A stretch of DNA of 64,000 nucleotides from Candidatus Omnitrophota bacterium. GTDB taxonomy: Bacteria > Omnitrophota > Gorgyraeia > Tantalellales > Tantalellaceae. This document shows, one piece after another, positions 26,704 through 37,900 of this stretch. Position numbers and translations under genes: made by a program. The first letter of the stretch is position 1. Every line of letters begins with the position of its first letter. The notes under the pieces were generated by a model. That model saw nothing but the letters and a program-made list of their open reading frames with translations, made no database searches and had not been told where the DNA came from. Where the stretch lies: the NCBI GenBank assembly GCA_015231405.1, contig JADGBR010000014.1, forward strand, positions 3,555 through 67,554, in the 5' to 3' direction.

Positions 26704-27045
26704 TTATCTGCTAAAATATTCTTCTATCATTTTCTCAGCTCTCTCGATCTCTTCCCTCGGGATCTTATCCGTCTTCTTTACCATACCGTGCGTAAGAATG
26801 ATATCATTACCCTTAAAAAAGCCGAACAACCGGTAAATATTCGAACCCGACTTTATCCTGCACTCCCAGATGTCCTTATCGAGCTTCTTATAATATTGCC
26901 CGGGGATAGGATGTAACTCCTCCAGTATTTTCAATACCCACAATATCTTCTCTGCCGCTTTATCGCTTAATGTATCTAAAAATGTCTCTACGGGTTTCTC
27001 CCCGGTCTTTTTTATATAAAAGATTACTTTTCTCACCATGAGCAT
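26704..27045 (-). CDS. RelE/ParE superfamily toxin (Gp49/HigB-like)
   Basis: PVETFLDTL..IWECRI..NIYRLF..ILTHG.VKKTDKIP.EEIERA; start may be ATG 27039. Confidence 0.9.
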   Translation of the reverse strand: MLMVRKVIFYIKKTGEKPVETFLDTLSDKAAEKILWVLKILEELHPIPGQYYKKLDKDIWECRIKSGSNIYRLFGFFKGNDIILTHGMVKKTDKIPREEIERAEKMIEEYFSR

Positions 27046-27067
27046 AGGTTAACATACAAGTTAACCT
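27046..27067. promoter_or_regulatory. Palindromic operator of TA module 2
   Basis: AGGTTAAC-atacaa-GTTAACCT directly upstream of the toxin start. Confidence 0.65.
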
Positions 27068-27103
27068 TATGCAACTTTCTTATGTGCGTTATTGGTGCGT
27101 TAT

Positions 27104-28203
27104 TGGGGTCAGACCTCATCTTTACACAAAATATTTTAGCATAGTTTATGATGAAAATAATTTGAAACATTTTTTATGGTTTTGGTGTCTCTATAGGTAT
27201 GGGTTGAAAGCATACCTGATCAGCATTTATAACCAAGGAGGGTTTTCATGGCAAGGCCATTACGCATAGAGTACCCGGGGGCTTTATATCATGTCACATC
27301 CCGTGGCAATGAACGAAAGAACATTTTAATTACTGACGATGATAAATCCGTTTTTCTTGATATTCTGACAACTGCGGCCAATCGGTTCAAGATCGTATTA
27401 CATGCTTATTGCTTAATGACCAACCATTATCATTTTCTCATTGAAACAGCAAAAGCCAACTTAAGCAAATGCATGCAGTATATCAATTCTTCATATACAA
27501 CCTATTTCAACCGGGACAGGAAAAGATCAGGGCATCTTTTTCAGGGAAGATATGGAGCATTGCTTGTTGAGGAAGAAAGCTATTTGATAAAATTATCTCA
27601 ATATATACATTTGAACCCAATAAGAGCAAAGTTAGCACGTCATCCCGCTGATTACAAATGGAGCAGTTATAGATTTTATAAGCATTGCGAGCCCGGCAAG
27701 CCTGATTTTCTCGATCTGCAAAAGACCTTAGGGTATTTCAATGATGACCGTGGATTATACGCCGAATATATTGAGGAGGCTATACAGTCTAAAATAGTGG
27801 ATTTTTTACCGGAAGCTTTTGCCGGCTTGATATTGGGCAGCCAGGATTTTATCGACCAAATTAAAAAGAAATATGTGGACAAAAGAAAGAATCCGAGGGA
27901 CCTCCCTTCGCTCCGGAAGATAAACAAGACGGTCATTTGCCCTGATAAAATAATTGAAATAATCAACGCCAACTCGAAGGATATCCAAAATAAATATCGT
28001 ATAAAATTACTGGTTCTTTTCCTGAGGAAATATACAGATTTGACTTTGGCCGAGATCTCTAAAACCATAGGTACCGGAAAAACACCACCGGCTATCAGCA
28101 ATATATTCTATAGATTGGATAATGACCGAAACAAGAATGCCCATCTCAACGAACTGATAAATATTCTAGAAACAGAAATGTGTAAAGATGAGGTCTGACC
28201 CCA
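27104..28203 (+). mobile_element. RAYT-type element bounded by perfect 25-bp inverted repeats
   Basis: TGGGGTCAGACCTCATCTTTACACA (27104-27128) and its exact reverse complement (28179-28203) flank the Y1 transposase gene. Confidence 0.8.
27248..28198 (+). CDS. REP-associated tyrosine (Y1/HUH) transposase with C-terminal HTH-like domain
   Basis: MARPLRIEYPGALYHVTSRGN, AYCLMTNHYH (HUH), GHLFQGRY, YIHLNP.RA, YKWSSY; LTLAEIS C-terminal helix-turn-helix. Confidence 0.92.
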   Translation: MARPLRIEYPGALYHVTSRGNERKNILITDDDKSVFLDILTTAANRFKIVLHAYCLMTNHYHFLIETAKANLSKCMQYINSSYTTYFNRDRKRSGHLFQGRYGALLVEEESYLIKLSQYIHLNPIRAKLARHPADYKWSSYRFYKHCEPGKPDFLDLQKTLGYFNDDRGLYAEYIEEAIQSKIVDFLPEAFAGLILGSQDFIDQIKKKYVDKRKNPRDLPSLRKINKTVICPDKIIEIINANSKDIQNKYRIKLLVLFLRKYTDLTLAEISKTIGTGKTPPAISNIFYRLDNDRNKNAHLNELINILETEMCKDEV

Positions 28204-28368
28204 TTACGGACCCCATTACGACCCATCATTTTTACTCTATCAACTCCAAAAAAAATACTTATCACTCTTTATTATCCTAACAGAATAGGCAAAAAATTTT
28301 TGTTGCTTACTGCTTCAGATGTTTTTGATTCATTTTTGTCTTTCTACTCCTTTGCAATTATTCATCTA

Positions 28369-28390
28369 GTGCAAAAATGAGGTTTGACCC
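28369..28390. repeat. Degenerate third copy of the RAYT terminal repeat
   Basis: GTGCAAAAATGAGGTTTGACCC versus GTGTAAAGATGAGGTCTGACCC (19/22). Confidence 0.7.
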
Positions 28391-28424
28391 TCTTACTTCT
28401 ACAGCAGCGTCATGTGCAACTGTT

Positions 28425-28886
28425 CTATAGTCCTTTCAACATTTCTTCGCTTCTCTTTCTTGTGTACTCAACCAGCTTTTCTCTATTCGCAAAATAGTCT
28501 GAAGCTTTAAAAAGACTTAGTATTTTGGGGAAATACTTTGTTGCCAATACGGAATAATTTTCCAACTGCTTACGTTGTCTTTCTCCATAATCCTCAATTC
28601 CTTCATCAAACTCACATCTTTTCAAATCATTTTTATCAATACCCAAATATTCAAATAATAGTTTTAACCCAAATGTACTTGATTTCATCTGAATCGAACT
28701 AATTCCTATTAATATTTCACCTCTATCGGTATTAATATTTACATATATGTTATTATTTTTATAAAGAGTGCAGGAATTCCCAAAATTTTCTTTATCGACT
28801 GCATAAGACACAAATTCAAAATTGTATTTTTTAAATATATCAGAAAAATATTTGTTAATTTCATCTTTTAAAATAAAATCTGACAT
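28425..28886 (-). CDS. Putative cognate immunity protein
   Basis: 153-aa, very AT-rich ORF 14 nt downstream of the toxin stop with an AAGGGG RBS; position typical of polymorphic toxin immunity genes. Confidence 0.7.
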   Translation of the reverse strand: MSDFILKDEINKYFSDIFKKYNFEFVSYAVDKENFGNSCTLYKNNNIYVNINTDRGEILIGISSIQMKSSTFGLKLLFEYLGIDKNDLKRCEFDEGIEDYGERQRKQLENYSVLATKYFPKILSLFKASDYFANREKLVEYTRKRSEEMLKGL

Positions 28887-28900
28887 AAATTCCCCTTTTG

Positions 28901-31900
28901 TTACTTAATTAACCAGAAATAATTTTTCCCTTCTCGCATTACAATTTTATATTCTTTACTAAGCAAGTAATCAATTTCTTTTCGCAGATATTTACCAGCT
29001 AAAGCATAAGGTGTAGTGACATAAAACGCACGGGTTTTTAACATCGCTCTATCTAAGAACTTTCTGTTCATCTCCCAAAGTTCATCTTCATTCATTATTT
29101 TAACAAATTTCTTCCATATTTTATCAGGAATACAAAAATAATTTGCATTTATTCTTTTTGCAACTTCTATATATTTATATTTACCACTATTTATCCAAAT
29201 CCCGTAATTACTGCCCAGAACAGTAATATCTTTCCCAATATTTCTATATGATTTTAGCCCATTTCCGGCTGCTTTTATAGCATTTAATGGCACCACTGTT
29301 CCAACTGCTAATAATGATAAAGCTGCTTCATCTCTCTTTCCTCTGGATAAATAAATTAAACCATTTATTGCGTCAATTGTATCACCAACTCCCGGAACAA
29401 CTCCAGCCCAATCTAAATATGACTGCATTACGTCAAATGAACTGTCAAATATTGCTTCATTAATGCCACCGGCGTTAAATGACACATAACCGATTTTATA
29501 ATTAGCAGGCGATAAATACCCTTCCGATGTTAATATGCTTTCGGCTGACTCATAGCTATTATTAAAAACATCTTCCGGCTTAACTGATACTCCGTTTATT
29601 GTTAATTCATAATCCTCCCCTGCCAGCCTGTTGATCTCGGCAATCATTCCATCTTCCGTCAAGATGACCTTATCGTTTATCTTTACTTCAACACCTTTGC
29701 TAATGGCAAGCTTAGCGCTTTCGATGAGCGATACCCTTCCCGTCGCGTCCATCATCGAATCCCAGGACGAACCGAACATTTCGCTGAAGGCGTAGTTGTC
29801 GCCGTCTACTTTCAGGTCGACGATTTTGCCGGTATTCGGATCGTAGACTGTTGTGTAATCGATGAATTGGCCGGCATCGTAGGATAATTCTGATTCCGTT
29901 ATTTCCAGGATTTGATAATTGGCATCATAGAGAGTTACCGTGCCGTCTTCGCTCGTTACTCTTGTGTTGCCGTTATCCAGGCACTCGACTTTCGTGGATG
30001 TATAGCTATTAATGCCTTTCGTTATTTCCGTTTTTGTTATTTTCCCGGCATCTGTCTCTACTATATTCATCGTTGTAGCGTTATACGTAAAAACAGCCTT
30101 GTTGCCGGTATTAATGTCGATTAAGGTTATTTGTTTTGTGCCGTCGGAGAGGGTTTTCTCGCTTTCGACGGCTCCTTGGTATTTATCCCGTAATTTGTTT
30201 AATTCGGCATTTATATTTTCATAGTGTATTTCACGTATTGCTATTTCATTCTGCATGTACTGCCTTGTCCCATCTAAACCGGCGCCTATCACGCTCGATA
30301 CGGTCATCTGGAGCATATTGCTGTACCATTGTTCACCATATTTGTTTTCGAGCGCGTTCATAGTTTCCGTGGATATAACCTGTGAGGCTGTATTAAAGAA
30401 GACTTCAGTCGCGAACATGGCGGTCGAATTCAGAATTTTCATATCAAAAGCTGGGTTGGCGAAGGCGTTTACGGGCATTAGGGTGATGGCGGCGGCTAGG
30501 CCTATGCCTAGTTTACTTAGCCAGTTGTCTGATTTGGAGATCTGTTCCATGGCATAGTTTGAGATTCCGCTGGTTATCATGCCGCCGAGGTAGTTTCTGA
30601 CGGCGTCGCCTAGTAAGGCTTTTGGGGCGAACTCAGTACTGATCCAGGGGTTAAGGGTATTCTTTAACCAGTTTCCGGCGGATTGGAAACCTTCCGCGGC
30701 CTGGCGGCATAGGGTCATTACTCCGCCGATCGCTTTTTGGCCGATTGATATTAAATTGTCCGTAATGCCCAGAGTTATCTGGCCCAGGGTTCTTCCGACT
30801 GCGCTGAGACCAGTCCAAATTCCCTCCATCATCTGGCCTGCCATACCTGCGATCGGCGCGGCGACGAATGCCGTAGCGGCGGATAAGAATATTGACGCTA
30901 CTCCCATTCCCATTATTGTCATCGCCTGGCCGTATTGGCCGTAGCAGATGGCTGTGGCCATGTTTGTTACGGTGTTCATGATCGGGTATGCTAGGGTTCC
31001 GCCCGATATCACCGACATTACTGATCCCACCACCAACGCGCCGATCGCGCCGGCTACTCTTCCCCATTTGCCTTCCTGGGCGGCGTATTTGATGGCGTTG
31101 ATCATTTGGACTACGGGTTGGATGATGTTGGTTACTATTTTTTTGACGGCTTTTACTATGCCTTCGAAGATCTGGGTTACTTTTTTCCAGAGTTTGTCCC
31201 ACCAGCCGGCGGCTTTTATGTCTAGGAGTTGGGTGTCGGTTAGGCGGTTTTTGTAGTCGCTGCGGGCGGTGGAGAGGGTGGTGCCTTCGTAGTTTTTCTT
31301 GAATTCGGTTAGGGGTATTTGTTTGGTTTGTTCGATGTTGTTTATGTAGCTGTTGGTGACTTTGATGTGGGTTATGGTGCCGGTTGTGTCGCGGATTACT
31401 CCGGTTACGGTTAGGAAGTGGGTGCCGTTGTAATGGACTATTATTGGGATTGCTTCGTCGCCTTCGGCTCCTCGCAATGACGGGGCGTCGGCTCCTTGCA
31501 ATGACGAGGCTTGACGGATGAAATCATCAAATGTGTATTTTGAACCGTAAACGTCTAGGCCGTGTTTTTGGGATACTTTTTTTAGGGCGTACATGGTTAG
31601 GAGGAGCTGGCCTTGAGTCTCGGAGGTGATGGCGCCGGTGATTAGGTCGACGAAGATGAGTTGTTGTAACAGGTAGTTCATTATTGACAGAGATTGCTTC
31701 GTCGCTTCGCTCCTCGCAATGACGAGGGCGGCTTCGTTGGCTTGCAATGACGCGTATAACGCCTCGGCGGCGCTTTGGCCGAAGTGGTTGTCCTGGGTTT
31801 TTAGCCGGGTTATGATGATTTGGATGTCTTCTTTTGTTATGTTGACGAGGAGCGACGGGTCGATGTCGTAGCCGCGCTCTTTCAGATATGCCGGCTTATC

Positions 31901-34900
31901 GGAGGCGGCGAGGTAATCGGCGAGGATGCCGGTCGAGGTGCCTGCTTCGGTTTCGGTATAGAGCGAATTTATTATCACGGTGATCTCGGCGCGGCGTTTC
32001 GCGTATTCGCTTGCCGGGTCGGACGCGTTACGGATGTGTTCGCGTTCGGACTCAAGCGTTAAATTGTTCGAACGCATATGCGCGAGGGTTTCGGTCAGTT
32101 CCTCGTCTGTCGCTTCCCTGCCTAACTCTTCGCGGTATATTTCGGAAATGTATTTCTTGTCGTTCCTGCCCTTGGCGGCGGTATAGGCGGATACGGCGTT
32201 ATTGTATCCTTCTTTTATGAGAGATATCCCGGCACTGAGGGCGGCTGTAAGAACCGCTCCGGCGGATAAAGCGACATTGTAACAAGTAAGCATACCGGAT
32301 AAACGGGCGGCACGCTCTAGCGCTAGTGTTTGTCCTCCCGTATCTTTAGGGCCGTTCTTGTACTCGGTGAGGTTCTTTATATAATCCCTTACAAAGTTCG
32401 TGTAACCCGTTTTCCTCCATTCACTCACGCAGAAGGTGAGCTCATCGCTCGCAGGCGCGCGATACAACATAGCGGCAAAATAATCCTTTACGCGCGAAAC
32501 GACGGCTTCTTCGTCCCATGACTTGCCGTTATTCATGAATACCGTGTCGCTCCCGTCCACTTTCACTTTTTCTATGTTATTCCACCTGTCGCGCGTGTAT
32601 TCGTACGAGTAGTTCCTGCCGTCCTCGTTATAAAGAGTAATGTTCCCAAGAGCGTCATACCTCATGTAATAGTCTTTCGTGTCCTTCCCGGAAACATCCA
32701 CATCCATGCCCGCGAGATTGCCGTTCGGGTGGTAAGTATAGCTGTATTTTTTCCTTGTGGCGTCTAGGGCTTTGAATTCGCGCTGGACGACGACCGGCTG
32801 GCCCGTATCGGCAGGGCCTCGCGCGCTTAACTCGAATATCTCGGCATAGGCGTTATTATTATCGCCGTTCCAGGCCCGGGCAGTTGCCCTTACCCTTATA
32901 GCCGTGACATTCGCGAGCGTGCCGTGCCATGTACCGCTAAAACAGACATCGAACGCCCGGCAGCCCGAAGTCCTCGCGACGTCGACCCATACGGATGAAC
33001 CTGCCTGGAGGTATTGTACGTTCATGTCGTACGATTCGCCGCGGCCGCCTGAATCGGCGCTCACCCTCGTATTGTAATATATCTCGCTCAGCGTGACCGG
33101 CTGGGCGAACTCGTGCGTCGAGGTCACATCGGCGTCGGGACTGAAACTTTCGGACGAATATGCCGTGGTATCGTAACCGTCATAATCAAGCGACGGGTTC
33201 ACTCCGCCCGTGGATGTATGTTTCGTACCGTCCAGGAGTATCATGTCATTCAGTGGGTTCTCCCCGGGTACAGGTTTTTTATATACAGAATATGTCTCTT
33301 GGACATAATTCACGATTTTGGATACCGATGCGACAAAACCCGTATCATCCCTGGTATAGGCATATCTGGCTATGTACGGGTCGTCCAGCGCGTTTATGTC
33401 AGAGGAGCCCTTATTGCCGAGGAGGCTGAAATATCCCTGGCCTTTACTCGCTACCCATGTTTTGAACGTCATGCCGTTATACGTGTAGCCCGGAACGAGG
33501 AATAGATCCCTGGCTTCAACTGTTTCTTCCCAGAGCCTGCCGAGGATGTTCCTTTCAGCCAGGATGTCGCCTCCGGCTCCGTATACTTTTTCAAGGCTTG
33601 ATGCGCTCCCTGGATATACGATAGGGGTCACGACAGCTGACGATTCGTTCACGAGGAGCTCTTCCGTTAGGACGCCTTTCGGGTCGTACAGTTTCGCGGC
33701 GGCTCCGGTATAGGTCGATATCTCGTAACGCGACCTCGGGATACCGCTTGAGTCCGTATTTTCGTAAGAGATCATAGTTCCGGAAGGTCTATCCTTATCC
33801 GGATACGTATTATCCGCGTATTTGGCGAGATCAGCGTATAGCCTCGAGCCTGAGCCCTTCGCCCACGCGAGCATCGTATCCGTAGCGTAACCATTCGGCG
33901 GGTAAGTATCCGATGCCGTATCAAGGATCATCAATTCGTCGACGTTCATCTGGCGGTTCACTTTACCGTCCGAAGCGGCGCCGTAGACGGCTTCAAGTTT
34001 CACGAACCTGGCTTTCCGCGGCGATATAAGGTCCTCGACCCAGCCGGAATAGAGCATATCCGTCCTGTCGGTAGCCCCTTCCCAGTTAACGCCGTCCTCC
34101 GAAGTGAAAATCCGGTATTTATACGAGTTGCCGTCGTCCCTGAACTTTATCCTGAACTTGCCGATGTCCGTAAGGCCTCCAAGGTCAAGCCTGAAGTACG
34201 GGAGAACCGTGTCGTTATCCCAGCGGATAGAGGCGCTGCCGGCAGTGACGGAGTAATCCGTAAGATACGAAACGTTATCCGACCAGCTGGCGGAAACCGG
34301 GGTCACGGATGTCACCATATGGCCTTTAGAGCCTTTCTCGAAATATTCCTTTATGAGCGGAGAATTCCTGTTGGCGTAATCGCTGATATATCCGGCTATC
34401 CTGGGGTCCTCAAGGGCGCCCGTGAACCTGGCCCATTCGGAGACATCCTTACCGGAAAAATAGTTGTTCAACTGGCACTGGCTGTTCGGGTTGATGAAGA
34501 GCTTCTTTAGGTCAGGGCGTTCCTCCCATAAAAGCATGAGGGCGTTCTTTTCACTCACGGCCCTCCCGTATTTATCGAGGTCGCTGACCCTGACGGTCCC
34601 TGAAACCTTTTCCGTACGGTACACTTTCACTTCGTTCAGCTGCATCGCCGTCGTCCAGTATTTCTCATTGGCGTTCTCTATTCTGATGTACCTGGCGGCG
34701 ACAGGCGTACCGAAACTGTCTATGAACCAGTCATTATCGGTATTGAGGTCGGTCGTCTTTATCTTGATCCAGTTATCGGGAGCCTCATTCGTAGCGTAAT
34801 AAACGGTATAGGGATAATTGTACGGGCTTCTGAACGATAAGCCGAGCGCGCTCACATTATCCTGATCGGAGCCGTTCCCGGTAAGGTCCAGAATGATGGA

Positions 34901-37900
34901 TGTCCTGTCCGTAGGCATCGAATATTCCCAGCCGAAATTCTGCCAGTTATCGTATTTATCGTCGACAAGCTGCCAGGGATCGACTCCAAAGTAACAATTC
35001 CTGACCGATATGTTCTTAATCTCAACGGGTTTTAGCGCGTCTATTTTTTCGCCGGTTGGCGCTACGGATTCGTAGATTTTTTTCACTTCGCCTCCGGATC
35101 CAAACTGGTAGGCGTAATATGTCACATCTCCCCGCGGGGTAGTCCTCGATATGATCCTTCCTGAAGCGTCATAATCTACCGAAGAGATGTCCATCTTATC
35201 GTTATTCCGGCCGTGGTCTACCGTAACCAGACGAGCCAGATCGCCCTTTCCGTTTTTCTCCGCGATATAAGTATAAACATTCTTCAGACGGTCGACCCGT
35301 TTCACAAGATCGCCTTCGATAGAGTAATATTCCTCTTCGACGTAGTCCTGAACTCCCTGGCCGTCTATTGTTTCCTGCCATGAAAGAAGGCGTTTTGTCA
35401 TGTTGCCGCAAGTATCGAATTCGAGGCTCACGGTAACGGTTTTATCGTAGGTGTCGGTGACTGATATGATCCGCCCGTATTTATCCATTCCGTATACGGT
35501 CGTACCACCAAGCGGAGCGCGTTCGGTTTTTAGGGTTATCCCGCCATGTTCCGGGGAACGGCCGTATTCATAAACCGTTGTCAGCCCCAGACGATCGGTC
35601 ATACTTATGAGATCTGATGTAACTGCGTCAAAGACCCTTAACACGGACCCGTCATAGCCCCCGCCAACTGTTCCGCGCGGATCATATTCCCGGCTGGATG
35701 TTACGGCCCCCCAGGGAGTCACCGAGTATTCATAGGCTGACGGCGTGCCGTTTTTGTCTACTGAAAGCTTGATACGTCCGAAAGAGTCGTATTCGTTAAC
35801 GACGGAGGTGTATAGACCGGACGGACCGGTTCGATATTCCGTGGCCTTTATAAGATCGCTCTTCCCGTCGTATGTATTCAGGTATGTCGCAATATGACCA
35901 TTCGCGTCGGTCAGGGATATCCTGTTCCCTTCAGTATCGAACTCTTCTTTCTCGACGGCGTCCGGAGATAAGGACGTCTTTGTGTACCGTTCGATCGTGC
36001 CCCCCTTATCGTCCTTTTTAACGGCATAGCTCAACGTGACGCCGTTCGGCGACACGACGATTGTCACGTCGCCGGAATTGTCATACCGGTATACGGTAAC
36101 ACCCGAGTAACGGATGTCGGTTTCGGTCTTTTCCGAAAGAACTCCTGTGATCTGGTCATATTTATAGGAATATGTCCTTGTGATATCGTCTTCGGAGCTT
36201 GCCGGGTCGTTCATCTCGGTAACGCGGGATTCCGTGCCGTCGGGGTTATAATCGGTGACGGTTATTTTTCCGGAAGTGCCGGAGACGAATATCACTTCAG
36301 TTATAGTTTTCGCCTCGTTGCCGTAACGGTCGTAGATATATCGGGTGGTCCTCTTTATGCCGTTCTTGTCGGTGAAGCCGGTAATGTCGCCGTTCGCGTC
36401 ATATTCGGATGTTTCGGTATAATTCATGAGGATACCGGATCCCGAGAGGGCCGCGGATGACGTCGTATCTTCTTTTCTGGCAGTGATCTTGCCTGAGGCG
36501 TCACGGATAAATGTATATGTCTTCCTGATGCCGTTTGAGCCGGTCACCGAGATCACGTCGCCGCGCGTATCGTATCCGGTGGTTTGGCTGAAACCGGGAT
36601 AAAGAACGTTCCCGGCGACCGTCTTTTTTATGTACCCGAGAACGCCATCACGTTCATAAGAGTAGGTCACTTTCATGCCGTTACGGTCGGTCTCGGATAC
36701 GAGATCCCCTTTTTCGTCGTATTCGGAGACCTTAACGCCGGCCCTGCCGTTCACTGTCTCGTATCCTGCCTTTACGCGGCCGAGTTCGTCTTTCACGTAT
36801 GTGTATCGCGTAACGATATCGTCCGATACGTTCGCCGGGTCATTGGCTTCGGTAAGGCTCACGAGGTCGTTATCGAAATCGTAAACGCGGACGGTACGGC
36901 TTTCCGAAAGGCCCTCGGGGAGAGACCCGTCAAATGAAGACCGCCTGTAACGCGTATATCCTTTAGACGGATCTTTCGCGTCAATAAGCCCGTAATAGCT
37001 TTTCTCGGTCTGGACCTTACCGCCCATGGCGTTCTCGGCGTCGGTCGAGTATTCGTATTCTGAATAGACACCTTCGGTGTCTATCGAGGCGATAATATCG
37101 CCTTTCGTGTCTGATTTCTTCAATGAAACGGCGGTGTAACGGCTAGCGCCTTCGTCCCATGAGACGGTTTCTTTAGTTATCGTGAGCACGCCTTCGGCGT
37201 CATAGGTATACTCATATGAATATGTCTTCCCGCCGCTTGTCATTGTCTTAACCGCTCCGGAAGCTGTGGCTTCGGGGTAGATCGCCTTATCGCTATCCTC
37301 GCTGCCGTAATATGTATAGCTCTTCACGGCGAGGATCGTATCCGTATTTCCCCCGGCAAGGTTATATGGCCTGTATCTCACCGTCTCGGTCTTACCCGTG
37401 ATATTCCCGATCGCATTCCTGACATAAGTGATATCAGTAACGGTATCCCCGTCCATTCCTTTCATGGTCACATTGATGACATCTCCGTTCGCGGCGTACC
37501 TTTTCTCCGTCCTCGCGGAATAAAGGCCGCTAGTAAAAACACTGTCGGTCAGGTTACCGTCGCCGTCGTAATTGAAGTCTTCCCTGCCTTCGCCGGTGGT
37601 CCTCGTCTTCACAAGGACCTTACCGTTATATACCGCGTAGAACGACTCTATATCGGTCTTATACGTTGTCCCCGAAAGGCCCATTGTTTCAACCCTGTCT
37701 AGAGCGCCTGACGTTTTATAATGGTATATCTCCCTGACCTGGGCTTTCCCATCGGGGGAATAAACGCCCGGGGCATAAACTGAAGTCTCCTTTATATTCT
37801 TACCGGTATTTGAAATATCGTATGAGGTGACCTTGACGATATCGTCCGAAACATTGTCGGTACCGCGGGTATCCGTCGCGATCGACTCTTTAATCCGGCC

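Noticed and set aside
24308-27045. Integron cassette array (TA genes; GCCTAAC at ~25822)
   Set aside because: No integrase and no convincing paired attC R''/R' boxes at cassette ends.
24187-31789. DGR template/variable repeat pair
   Set aside because: Only 47 nt, mismatches not confined to adenines, and no reverse transcriptase in the window.
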